The notes beneath the pieces were generated by a model. The model saw nothing but the letters and a program-made list of their open reading frames with translations. It was not told where the DNA came from and did not search any database. A stretch of DNA of 63,907 bases, filler included, from Octopus bimaculoides (lineage: Eukaryota), in assembly GCF_001194135.2 (NCBI RefSeq). It is 7 parts of 6 records of this genome, joined end to end, with 100 filler letters (N's around TTAATTAATTAA, not from the genome) between each part and the next. Parts side by side here need not be neighbours in the genome. Positions count along the whole stretch, not along the records: positions 29,483 to 59,148 come from NC_069001.1; positions 59,249 to 61,780 come from NC_068996.1; positions 61,881 to 63,907 come from NW_026353887.1; 4 more parts are not named here. One strand, 5' to 3'. Numbering within the stretch: position 1 is the first letter of the stretch; each line of letters begins with the position of its first letter. Position numbers and translations under genes: made by a program. Shown here in pieces: positions 51,473-63,907 of this stretch.

Positions 51473-51734
51473 TGTCCACTTAGTAAAGACACACAGCTCA
51501 GTATTTAGGGTATTCGGCTCACAACGTATCATTGTGGGTTCAACTCCTGGTGGCACATTCGTGTCCTTGAGCAAGACACTTTATTTCACATTGCTCAAAT
51601 CCACTCAGCTGGCAAAAATGAATAGCACCTGTATTTCAAAGGACCAGCCTTGTCACACTCTGTGTTACACTGAATCTACCTCAGAACTACGTTCAGTGTA
51701 CTCATGTTTGCGGAATGCTCAGCCATTATCATTA

Positions 51735-51960
51735 AGGCACCACACTGACAGAATCATTAGACTGCTGGACAAAATGCTTAGCGGTATTTCGCCTGTCTTC
51801 ACGTTCTGAGTTCAAATTCCACCAAGGTCAACTTTGCCTTTCATCTTTTCGGGGTCAATAAATTAAGTACCGATGGAACACTGGGATCAAGTGACCGACA
51901 AGTCCACTCCCCCAAATTTCAGGCCTTGTGCCTATAGTAGAAAGGATTATTATTATTATT
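51735..51960 (+). mobile_element. SINE of the array family; further copies at 56110-56316 and 56330-56544 (-, tandem pair), and about 57450-57525 and 57559-57776 (+)
   Basis: Same B box and GCCTTTCATC..TTCGGGGTC motif as 39284-40770. Confidence 0.85.
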
Positions 51961-52136
51961 ATCAGTAGTGGTGGTGGTGGTGGTGGTGGTGGTGGTAGTA
52001 GTAGTAGGAGGAGGAGGATTACCATCATTATTAATCTAGGTGGAGATGGCACTGATGTTATGATGGCAGCTGATGTATTCATTATTATTACTATTATTAT
52101 TATTATGATTATTATTAATATTATGATTATTATTAA

Positions 52137-52169
<33 letters not shown>

Positions 52170-52952
52170 CCTCATTTTAAAAACCATCATTATCATTATT
52201 ACCAACATCATCTTTGTTAACATAGCATTATATTACGAGTGCATATGTAAGCATTATATTATTATACAACAGGAATAATGAACAACAAATATAAAGAGGA
52301 CCAACAAAAACAATATAAACAAATAAATAACATTACAAAGTAGAAGAAAAAATATAAGAAAGAAATTTTTTTTTTTTTTTAAGTAGGTTAATGCATTTAA
52401 AAAAAATGAGAAGAAAAGTTAAAAAGAAAAATTATCAACTAGAAAAATGACTTTTTAGGATGTTTTTTACCCTTGCTCAAAAGTAAATGTATTGTTAAGG
52501 GTTTTTTAGTTGTTTGTGTTTTCTTTTTCCAGAAAAAAAGAGCCAAAAAAAGATGAAAAAACTGGGAAAACATTTGATGTAATTACTTTTTTTTGTATAA
52601 GTCATAAGCTTCTTGCATGCAAACTCCAGTGCATGCATGTATACTGCATGTATATTGCATCTGGGTGCATGTGAGCATGCATATATACATACACACACAC
52701 AAATGTAGATGCATACATATAAATACACACACTATATATATACATATATATATATATATATTAATATCAATATGCCCAAGTATAATTATGTATGTGCATG
52801 CAACATGTGGATGGATGGATGGATATATCATATACATACATACACACAAATACAGAAGCACATTTACATACACACACACACACACACAAATATAATAGTG
52901 TATGTAGACAGATAGATGAATGAATAGATAAACAAATATATTTATCTATATT

Positions 52953-52985
<33 letters not shown>

Positions 52986-53686
52986 TGCACACATTTATAC
53001 ATACATATATATAAATTATTTGTGGACAGATGGACAAACAGACAGACACAGGGATGGATGGATGGATAATATGAATATATGTGTAGGTGTGTGTGCATAT
53101 ACACATAAGTAGATAAGTATGCATAAATATATCTCTAAATATAAATATCATACATACATACATACATACATACACACATGCAAAAAGAACATTTCAAGTT
53201 CCTGTCTCTCTAAAATTCATTTGAAGGCTGTTAAAAATGTGTTTGTGTTAAGACAGTGACAAGACAAGGTCGGCTGATATTCCTGTGATGAAAAATCCTG
53301 CATGAAATGTATGGTTGTATATTGTGTCTTAGGCAAACACACAGATGAACACACACACATTCAAACACATGCCTATTCGCAAACGCTTTCACACACATGC
53401 ACATAATCTCAGATACTTATGCACACACACACACAGTACACGGAAATGCATAGAACAATTAACAAGTACCTATATATATATATATTTATATATATATATA
53501 TATAGATAGATAGATAGATAGATGTATATAAATGTATGTGCATGTGTGTATGGGTGTTTGGGTAGTTGAAAATATAAACATGTTCGGATGCACACCCCAC
53601 CTCCATATACATAGAAACATTGACATATACATACATGTGTATGTGTATGCACACTTGGGTATGTGTAAATAGGTTATACTTTATAT

Positions 53687-53723
<37 letters not shown>

Positions 53724-54877
53724 CACATACATACACATATATATATGTATATACATAAATATATATATATATGTATATACATAAATATATATATATATAT
53801 GTATATACATAAATATATATATATATATGTATATACATAAATATATATATATANNNNNNNNNNNNNNNNNNNNNNNNNNNNNNNNNNNNNNNNNNNNNNN
53901 NNNNNNNNNNNNNNNNNNNNNNNNNNNNNNNNNNNNNNNNNNNNNNNNNNNNNNNNNNNNNNNNNNNNNNNNNNNNNNNNNNNNNNNNNNNNNNNNNNNN
54001 NNNNNNNNNNNNNNNNNNNNNNNNNNNNNNNNNNNNNNNNNNNNNNNNNNNNNNNNNNNNNNNNNNNNNNNNNNNNNNNNNNNNNNNNNNNNNNNNNNNN
54101 NNNNNNNNNNNNNNNNNNNNNNNNNNNNNNNNNNNNNNNNNNNNNNNNNNNNNNNNNNNNNNNNNNNNNNNNNNNNNNNNNNNNNNNNNNNNNNNNNNNN
54201 NNNNNNNNNNNNNNNNNNNNNNNNNNNNNNNNNNNNNNNNNNNNNNNNNNNNNNNNNNNNNNNNNNNNNNNNNNNNNNNNNNNNNNNNNNNNNNNNNNNN
54301 NNNNNNNNNNNNNNNNNNNNNNNNNNNNNNNNNNNNNNNNNNNNNNNNNNNNNNNNNNNNNNNNNNNNNNNNNNNNNNNNNNNNNNNNNNNNNNNNNNNN
54401 NNNNNNNNNNNNNNNNNNNNNNNNNNNNNNNNNNNNNNNNNNNNNNNNNNNNNNNNNNNNNNNNNNNNNNNNNNNNNNNNNNNNNNNNNNNNNNNNNNNN
54501 NNNNNNNNNNNNNNNNNNNNNNNNNNNNNNNNNNNNNNNNNNNNNNNNNNNNNNNNNNNNNNNNNNNNNNNNNNNNNNNNNNNNNNNNNNNNNNNNNNNN
54601 NNNNNNNNNNNNNNNNNNNNNNNNNNATATATATATATATATAAAAACAAATAGTAAATGAGTATATGCATATATACGTACAGGTATGTGCGTACCGACA
54701 TCCACCTGTATGTATAGGTGCATATCTGGGTACAGGACATTGCAAACAAAACGTAGACGGGAAAACACACAAGCCACATAGAGAACATTCTACTTCATCA
54801 TATATATATACAATTACACACACAAACGCACACATATATATATATGAATGTACGCACACTCACATGTGTGTAGGTAT

Positions 54878-54908
<31 letters not shown>

Positions 54909-55219
54909 CACACACCCACATACAAGCGTGTTACTGCATGTGTGTGTATGCACTTGCACATAGAGGTTAGAGGGTATGGATGAAAAAAGTGGCTCAAGCC
55001 AAAACGAGACAAAGAGAGGGAGAGAGAGAAATAAAGAGAAAAGAGAGAAGTAGAGAGCAATAATATGAGACAAAGAGAGAGAGAGATCAGAAAAAGAGTT
55101 AGAGAGAGAGAGGGAGTGAGAGAGATAAAGAGAGCAAGAAAAACAAAGGCTGAGAGAAAGAGAGAGCAGGAAAGAGAACAAACATAAGTGGTAGAGTGTG
55201 TGAGAGAGAGAGAGAGTCT

Positions 55220-55267
<48 letters not shown>

Positions 55268-57776
55268 GAGAAAATAGGGAAGTAAATGAGACTCAGAAAC
55301 TGAATGCTTAAACTGAAAAACTATCCTGCAATGGAGGCTGGAATGCCAGACTGGTTAAGGTAATGGACCTCATGTTTAGGGAATGAGAGATCAAACTTGT
55401 TGCCAGGAATTTGATTTTTGAGCCAGACGCTTTATTCTACATTACTTTTGTATGGCTCAGTGGTTAGAGCATCAGGTTCGCAATCATGAGGTAGTGAGTT
55501 CCATTCCCAGACCGGGCTGTGTTGTGTTCTTGAGCAACACACTTTATTTCACGTTGCTCCAGTTCACTCAGCTGCAAAAATGAGTTGCGATATCACAGGT
55601 GCCAAGTTGTATTAGCCTTTGCCTTTCCCTTGGATAACATCGGTGGCTTGAAGAAGGGAGACTGGCATGCATGGACAACTGCTGGTCTTCCGTAAACAAC
55701 CTTGCCTGGATTTGTGCCTCAGAGGGGAACTTTCTTGGTGCAAACCCATGGTCATTCATGGCCAAAGGCAGTCTTCACCCTTTACTTTGGTTCCTCAGCA
55801 GAGCAGAACAACAGGTACCAGATCTCCTGAGACAAAATTCAATTGAATTGATCTCTTACTGAGATATACATACATATATGTATATATATATATGTAAGTA
55901 TGTATGACCAGTGAAGGTTCATGGCTCAGTGGTTAGAGCATCAAGCTTTGGTCGGCCCGAGGCTATAGTAGAAGATACTTGACCAAGGTGCCACACAGTG
56001 GGACTGAACTCGGAACCATGTGGCTGGTAAGCAAGCTACTTACCACACAGCCACTCCTGCACCTGTAGTGTATATTACATTTATTCCAAGCATGCTAAAT
56101 ACTGGTTTCAAATATTGGCACAAGGCCAGCAATTTCATAAGAAGTCAGTTACGTTGACCCCAGTACTCAACTGGTACTTATTTTATCAATACCAAAACGA
56201 CAAATGGTAAAGTTGACCTTGGCAGAATTTGAACTCTCAGAACATGAAAAACAGACAAAATGCTGCCAAGCATTTTGCCCGGCGTGCTAACGTCTCTGCC
56301 AACCCATAGCCTTAAGTACGCTGCATATTCTTTTCTACTCTAGGCACAAGGCCTGAAATTTGGGGGGAGGGGGGGGCAGTTGATTAGATCGACCCCAGTA
56401 CGCAACTGGTATGTAATTCACCGACCTCGAAAGCATGAAAGCAAAGTCGACCTCAGCGGAATGTGAAATCAGAACATTAAGACAGACGAAATACCACTAA
56501 GCATTTCGCCGGGCGTGCTAACGTTTCTGCCAGCTCGCTGCCTTAAGTATGCTCCATATTGACTTAAGCTTTGTCTTGTAGTCACAGTAATAAAAGAAAA
56601 TAATAATGTGTCCATGTGTGTGAGTAAATAGGGGTTAGTGTGTAGGAGAGTTATTTCAGTTGAAAAATATAATTAAATAGAAGGCAAAGTTATAATAATC
56701 TAGAAATATTTGGAGAAAAAAAAATACTGTTGGTCTTTAAGCTAATTATAATGCATTCAGGTAATTTAGGCTAATTGGAATATTAGGAATTAAATCAACA
56801 GATATTTAACGGAGGAAATTTAAATTTTACGTCTTTGTAAGGTCACGGTATAAGGACAGTAATTTAGCAAGCTGTCAAAACATTTTGTTCACTTGCTTTT
56901 TTTTTTTTTTTTTTAGAGGANNNNNNNNNNCTTGCTTTTTTTTTTTTTTTTTTAGAGGAAGATGGTGTGTGGATATTAAATAGTTAATTTAATATGTAAT
57001 AGGAATGCTATTATAGGTGAATGGTGGTTGAATATTATTGCAGGAGTGTAAGGGAAGAACAGTCACTTGGAAGAATGTAGAAATGTAGCATAATAATGCT
57101 GGATGTAATAGTATGGAACGTTCTTGTGCTAAGACTATAATTTCCTTGATTACAAATACGGAAAAGACATAGGCAAAGATAGTGATTATGTTAGTGGTGA
57201 ATGACTACAAAACATTTTAAGATTGTGTAGCAGTGGCTCTCAACAGGGGTCCGTATGGCCCTTGGAGGTCCATATAAGATGATTTTGTTAAAATTCATCT
57301 GCAATAAATTGGTTATACTTTTACAATACCACAAAATGTTCTAACAATTTTTTTTTTTAGACAATTCTTAATAATATTTAATTATAAAAATAAACATCAA
57401 GTGTTTATGGGGGCCCATCTGAGTAAAAAAGGAATCAAAGGGGTCCATAAGTACCAGTTGAATACTGGGATCAATGTAGTCCCCTCCCCCAACATTGATG
57501 GCCTTGTGCCAAAATTTGAAATCATCAGAATCATCATCATCATTATAATTATTATTAAGGCGGTGAGTTGGCAGAGTCATTAGCACACCAGGCAGAACGC
57601 TTAGCAGTATTTCATCCATCCTTACGTTCTGAGTTCAAATTCCACCAAGGTCAAATTTGCCTTTCATCCTTTCGGGGACAATAATGTAAGTACCTGTTGC
57701 ATACTGGAGTCAATGTAATCAACTAGCCCCCACATCCCCAAAAAATTCAGGACTTGTGCCTTGAGTAGAAAGGACT

Positions 57777-57789
57777 ATTATTATTATCA

Positions 57790-57823
<34 letters not shown>

Positions 57824-57855
57824 CATTATTATTATTATCATCATCATTATTATCA

Positions 57856-57886
<31 letters not shown>

Positions 57887-57989
57887 CATTATTATTATTA
57901 TTATCATTATTATTATCATTATTATTATCATTATCATTATTATTATCATTATTATTATTATTATTATTATCATCATTATTATTATTATC

Positions 57990-58021
<32 letters not shown>

Positions 58022-58094
58022 CATTATTATTATCATCATTATTATTATCATCATCATTATTATTATCATCATCATTATTATTATCATCATCATT

Positions 58095-58146
<52 letters not shown>

Positions 58147-58227
58147 GCATTATCATTATTATTATTATCATTATTATTATTAATTATTATTATTATCATT
58201 ATTATTATTATTATCATTATCATTATT

Positions 58228-58262
<35 letters not shown>

Positions 58263-58264
58263 TA
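57777..58264. repeat. About 490-bp compound (ATT/ATC)n microsatellite
   Basis: Direct read. It extends from a SINE ATT tail and grades from ATT to ATC and back. Confidence 0.95.
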
Positions 58265-58636
58265 TTACCTCCATCTTATTGCAAAGGCAGAGGTATTGTT
58301 TTCAGTCACGCTTGTCTGTTTGTCTGTAGACAAGATATCTCAAGAACCACTGGATAGATTCAGCTGAAACTTTCAGGGATGTTTGGCCTTATGACTGGCA
58401 CAAATTGATTAGATTCTGGGATTGATCCGGCACCGGACAAGGATTCTAGATTATTTTTCCTCTTTTTTTTTTTTACCTAATTTTTGGGAGCAGTCGGGTT
58501 CAATTTTAGTAATTTCGTTTGTGAGAGCAGTTGAGTTTATTTCAGATATTCTCATTTTAAAAATCAACTCTGGCCAATTGTTCAGAGGACATTGGTGTTG
58601 CCTTGGCAGAGGTTTGCACTCTCTGAGTGCTCTTGT
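58265..58636 (+). mobile_element. DINE-1/Pearl-like (Helentron-associated HINE) non-autonomous element
   Basis: 5' TTACCTCC...GGCAGAGGTA hairpin, GTCTGTTTGTCTGT core, 3' subTIR GGCAGAGGT (58605-58613), and terminal stem-loop GCACTC-TCT-GAGTGC (58616-58630). Confidence 0.75.
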
Positions 58637-58639
58637 CAT

Positions 58640-58895
58640 TATCATTTTACTTCCCAGAGCTCTCGGTCTTACTTTGGTTGATTCTATGAGAGCAGACAGC
58701 AACCTGTTGTCAGAGGTCTCACAAGGTGTCTTTCCACAAGTTATAAACTGTAGTACCTGGACATTAACTTATTATGGAAAACATTCAACACCCAAGCACC
58801 GATCTCAAAATCCTAGCTGTCCCCAAGAGAGCAGTTTTTTGGGCCTGCTCTCCCCTGATGTCAATTCCAATTTCTCCAACATATTTCTCAAACCT
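58640..58895 (-). mobile_element. R4/Dong-like LINE 3' end
   Basis: Minus strand GEIGIDIRGEQAQK/(frameshift)ALLGTARILRS plus 3'UTR. The 5' flank is (TAA)n on its sense strand. Confidence 0.7.
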
Positions 58896-59078
58896 AATTA
58901 TTATTATTATTATCATTATTACGATTAGTTCAAGACAAACTGTGAACAGTAATAATGTCAGGCAGTATTGGATGTTAGAAGAGATTTAGTGAAATTATAA
59001 AGAAGTTACATAATGATGTATATGTATATATAAATCATGTGAATACAATTTTAACATTTTAAAGATGCAGCAACTGCT

Positions 59079-59148
<70 letters not shown>

Positions 59149-59277
59149 NNNNNNNNNNNNNNNNNNNNNNNNNNNNNNNNNNNNNNNNNNNNTTAATTAA
59201 TTAANNNNNNNNNNNNNNNNNNNNNNNNNNNNNNNNNNNNNNNNNNNNGACCACGAACCATGGTTGAAATTCCTCCC

Positions 59278-59338
<61 letters not shown>

Positions 59339-59371
59339 CAACAACAATAACAATAATAATAATAATACTAT

Positions 59372-60209
59372 TTTGATAGTATTCCCCACACAAGGATCCT
59401 AGAATCGCTAGCACCATGAACAAAATGGCACCAATATTTTATATATATCGTAAAATATATAACAACATTCAAGAATAAATGGTAGACAGTGTTACAGCTC
59501 CAGACAAAAAAGGACTCATGAGAACCAAAGCCTTCCCCATTGGAAGAGGAATATTCCAGGGAGACACGCTCTCTCCACTCCTTTTCTGCTTGGCACTGAC
59601 ACCTTTATCTGACATGCTAAACAGAACTGGATGTGGAAACAACTGTTAAGGCAAAACAATCAGCCACCTCTTATATATGGATGATCTAAAACTGTGCGCT
59701 ACAAAAGGTAAACAGATGGAAACATTACTACAAAGAGTACATGGAGTTACCAAAGAGATAAACATAAATTTCGTCTTGGAAAAATGTGCCAAAAAAAATC
59801 TTGTAACTTGGAAAGCTTCTTAAGAGCAACATTACCCGAGATGAAGCAAATGAAATAAGAGAATTAGACCTAACCCAGAGATACAAAAACTTAGGAATCA
59901 ATGAATTAGATACGATACAGCACATACTACCTAGCTATCGAGCTCAGATACCTGGAAACCCCAAAATGGCTGAAGTTCAAAAGATAGTGCTCATGGGAAC
60001 TGCCCATATCTTATGCAAAATACTGTCTATGTAATCTTAAATTTTAAAACAAACTCATAAGTTTCTTATGTTTTCTTAATACTATGTACAAAACCAAATA
60101 TATGACACCCTAGGCATAACACCAACTTGAACTACTAACTTGTCTCTTGAGGTCTCTGGGTGAGACTTGGAGCCAACTTGTACAAATACAAAGTAAAATT
60201 CAAACATAA
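59372..60209 (+). pseudogene. R4/Dong-like LINE, 5'-truncated and internally deleted, between (TAA)n tracts
   Basis: FDSIPH...GIFQGDTLSPLLFCLALTPLS...HLLYMDDLKL (YMDD 59674-59685) ... then directly PGNPKMAEVQKIVLMGTAHILCKILSM* (stop 60032-60034), 3'UTR and (AAT)n. Confidence 0.9.
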
Positions 60210-60259
<50 letters not shown>

Positions 60260-60794
60260 NNNNNNNNNNNNNNNNNNNNNNNNNNNNNNNNNNNNNNNNN
60301 NNNNNNNNNNNNNNNNNNNNNNNNNNNNNNNNNNNNNNNNNNNNNNNNNNNNNNNNNNNNNNNNNNNNNNNNNNNNNNNNNNNNNNNNNNNNNNNNNNNN
60401 NNNNNNNNNNNNNNNNNNNNNNNNNNNNNNNNNNNNNNNNNNNNNNNNNNNNNNNNNNNNNNNNNNNNNNNNNNNNNNNNNNNNNNNNNNNNNNNNNNNN
60501 NNNNNNNNNNNNNNNNNNNNNNNNNNNNNNNNNNNNNNNNNNNNNNNNNNNNNNNNNNNNNNNNNNNNNNNNNNNNNNNNNNNNNNNNNNNNNNNNNNNN
60601 NNNNNNNNNNNNNNNNNNNNNNNNNNNNNNNNNNNNNNNNNNNNNNNNNNNNNNNNNNNNNNNNNNNNNNNNNNNNNNNNNNNNNNNNNNNNNNNNNNNN
60701 NNNNNNNNNNNNNNNNNNNNNNNNNNNNNNNNNNNNNNNNNNNNNNNNNNNNNNNNNNNNNNNNNNNNNNNNNNNNNNNNNNNNNNNNNNNNNN

Positions 60795-61040
60795 ACCAGC
60801 AGATGACAACGTTTCTCTAAAAGAAATGGAAAAACTTTCAAAATACAAAGACCTGGAAATAGAGATAACTCGAATGTGGAATCTAAAAACAGAAACAATT
60901 CCTATCATAGTAGGTGCCTTAGGTATAATAAAAAAAATATTCAGACAAATACATAACAAAAACACCAGGACTTACAAATATATATAACATACAGAAAATT
61001 GCACTTCTGGGCACTGCACACATCCTACGCAAAACGTTCT
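60795..61040 (+). pseudogene. R4/Dong-like LINE restriction-like endonuclease C-terminus
   Basis: PADDNVSLKEMEKLSKYKDLEIEITRMWNLKTETIPIIVGALG.../QKIALLGTAHILRK. Confidence 0.85.
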
Positions 61041-61743
61041 CCCACGCTTAATCTTTAAAGTTGACTCTCAGTTTGGGCTTTTGCCAAAATTTGAAACCAA
61101 TATTAATTGTTTAAATTAAGTCAAAAGAACATTCATGTAATCCTAATCACTGACTTGTAGCTGTTTCGGCTATACAAAGATATGCACTTAAAGGTATCTG
61201 AGAGTATGATATAGCTACAACAGATCTTTATCATGAATTCACACTACGTTACCATTTCATCTTTGAAATACAGTGCATAATATGTATATCTAATTCTAAG
61301 AACATTCTGGATATGTATGTGCGTATGTGTATGTGCGTCTGTGTGTGTGTGAGAGAGAGAGAGAGAGAGCCTTTGTGTCTGTGTCTATTCTCCACTACCT
61401 GTTGATAACCTGTGCTGCTGTGTTTACGTCTTCGTACTTCGTCTTCGGAAGAAAAGAACCATTAACCAAAAAGTACCCTTAAAAAATAATAAGTATGGCC
61501 ACAGTCTAATGCCTTAAAAAAGGGTATGATATAATATGTGTGTGTGTATGTGTGTGTGTGTGTATGTGTGTGTGTATATATGTGTGTGTATATGTGTGTG
61601 TATACGCACATATTGCCGCTTAACATGGTAGGTTCGTTCTACGAGTCTACAAATCATTCATTTGATGGAGCTGAAAAAAACTAAAAGTGTTATTAAATTG
61701 TGTTTGTGTGTGTGCATGTATATATCTATGTACATATATACAT

Positions 61744-61780
<37 letters not shown>

Positions 61781-61880
61781 NNNNNNNNNNNNNNNNNNNN
61801 NNNNNNNNNNNNNNNNNNNNNNNNTTAATTAATTAANNNNNNNNNNNNNNNNNNNNNNNNNNNNNNNNNNNNNNNNNNNN

Positions 61881-61911
<31 letters not shown>

Positions 61912-62641
61912 TATATACATATACACACATGCACGTACACACACAGAGGAGAGAGAGATGGATAGATAGATATTGATAAATAGATGAAGGTACACACAGC
62001 CACAAGCTTACACATGTAGATGTATGCACATATGGAAGTTGTTGTGTGTGTTTATATACACATGTCAGAGTGTGCATGTGTGTGTGTGTGTGTGTCTATG
62101 GGTGGGCGTGCATTTATATGTTCGTTCGTATATGTGTTGTAGGTCGCTTTCTCGCCCCGATCCTGGTCTTGTTAATAATGAATATATTGGTGATGGTGCT
62201 GTTGATAGTAAATGCTTAGCTGATGGTGAGAATGATACTGTTGGTGAAAATAATCAGCGCCATCATCATTATCATCATCATCGACAGCAACTCAGCAGTC
62301 GTCGTCGCCGTCATCATCATCATCATCATAATCATCATCATCAATTAAAATATTGTTTGTCGCATTGCGAAAAACCTTTAAACTTGGCCGAGTGACAGGA
62401 GTGCGTACGCACACGCACACACACACGCATAAAAAACAAACACACACACACAGGCATACATACATGAATACATATACTCAAATCATACATACATGCATAT
62501 ATAGATGCATATATATAGTTATCAACATGCATATATACATATATATATATACACGTATGTATATATATGCATGTACTTATATATGCATATATATATATAT
62601 ATATATATGCATGTGGGTATGTATATGCATGTATATATATA

Positions 62642-62684
<43 letters not shown>

Positions 62685-62990
62685 NNNNNNNNNNNNNNNN
62701 NNNNNNNNNNNNNNNNNNNNNNNNNNNNNNNNNNNNNNNNNNNNNNNNNNNNNNNNNNNNNNNNNNNNNNNNNNNNNNNNNNNNNNNNNNNNNNNNNNNN
62801 NNNNNNNNNNNNNNNNNATGTATGTATGTATATGCATGTATATATATATGCATATATATATATATATATATATGCATGTATGTATGTATATGCATGTATA
62901 TATGTATTCATATATATATATATATTTGTTATATATATATATATATATATGAATGTATGCATACATATATGCAAATATATATGTATTCAT

Positions 62991-63070
<80 letters not shown>

Positions 63071-63299
63071 GTATATACATATATATACATACATTTATGT
63101 GTGTGTTTGTGTGTGTGAAGCGTGTTCCTCTCTTTGGCTCTCACCCTGACTCGCACCTTCCACTACTCTCTCATGCCCTCTGTCTCTTCTTTGAATCTGT
63201 CTCTTTCCTCTCTCTCTCTCGCTCTTTGTCTCTCTCTGTCACTTTCTGACTACGATTTTTTTTTCCTGGCCCGTGTGCAATATATGCGCTTACCTACCT

Positions 63300-63353
<54 letters not shown>

Positions 63354-63664
63354 GTATATACTACGCTGTGTTTGTGTGTGTGTACGTTAAATACCTTTGA
63401 TAGTGAAAAACTACTGCAGAAACTAACGAACTATAACACCTCCATAACTGTTGGTCAATCAATCTTTTTCATCGTCTTCCATCATACCTGATTGTTGTCA
63501 GTATCGACGCAGCTTCAGATCGCTTTGTTCTTTCCATCTACTCAAAAAGTTCTCAGCAACATTTCCACTGAAGTAGTAAGCTAACTAGTCTACTCCACTC
63601 TTCTCAAACTCTCATTCGTTTTCTCCTTCTTTCCCCACACTCTCTTTCTCCCTCTGCTTCTCTC

Positions 63665-63702
<38 letters not shown>

Positions 63703-63741
63703 TCTCTCTCTGTTTCCGTCTATATTTGTCTGTCTGTGTGT

Positions 63742-63781
<40 letters not shown>

Positions 63782-63907
63782 TTTATCTCCTCATACCGTT
63801 CTCTTATGTCCCGCCTCGTTTCTTTTGTTTTTATTGTTTTTCCTGAATATCATTCTCCCTTCTTAATAGTCTCTCACACATACTCTCTGTAAGCGTGTGT
63901 ATATATA

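Noticed and set aside
25960-56960. Direct duplications flanking small gaps (about 25967/26020, 34015/34236, 46466/46594, 56891/56931)
   Set aside because: Overlapping contig ends left unmerged by the assembler.
57719-58274. Poly-His/Tyr, poly-Asn/Asp and poly-Ile/Met ORFs
   Set aside because: Frames of an (ATT/ATC)n microsatellite grown from a SINE tail; no splice or codon evidence.
4145-63149. Long ORFs of 200-460 aa in the track
   Set aside because: They are made of X residues from N gaps plus (TA)n/(CA)n translations ([12 protein letters not shown]); not genes.

Overview
AT-rich, microsatellite- and gap-riddled eukaryotic (metazoan) genomic scaffold. The SINE families look like octopod cephalopod SINEs (OR/OK-type); this is recognition from memory, not a database hit. 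I see no intact protein-coding gene; most ORFs in the track are N-gap or microsatellite artefacts. The window holds decayed retroelements: a CR1-like LINE with a nested SINE, a Penelope-like RT/GIY-YIG element, four R4/Dong-like RLE LINE fragments, RTE-type tails and dozens of tRNA-derived SINEs, including a 6-copy head-to-tail array. It also holds DNA-transposon debris (hAT transposase, pogo-, hAT- and piggyBac-like MITEs, a DINE-1/HINE-like element). Best novelty candidates: (1) two different ~100-bp hairpin MITEs with GG...CC ends, exact 8-bp TSDs and a telomere-repeat loop (7128-7228, 12043-12136), plus a 505-bp foldback with the same end/TSD logic; (2) hammerhead-ribozyme-like folds at Penelope-type 3' ends; (3) a triple-CCAAT promoter with a spliced first exon at ~28.2-28.4 kb, followed by a ~30-kb CpG-depleted domain that suggests a methylated gene body whose exons I could not find.
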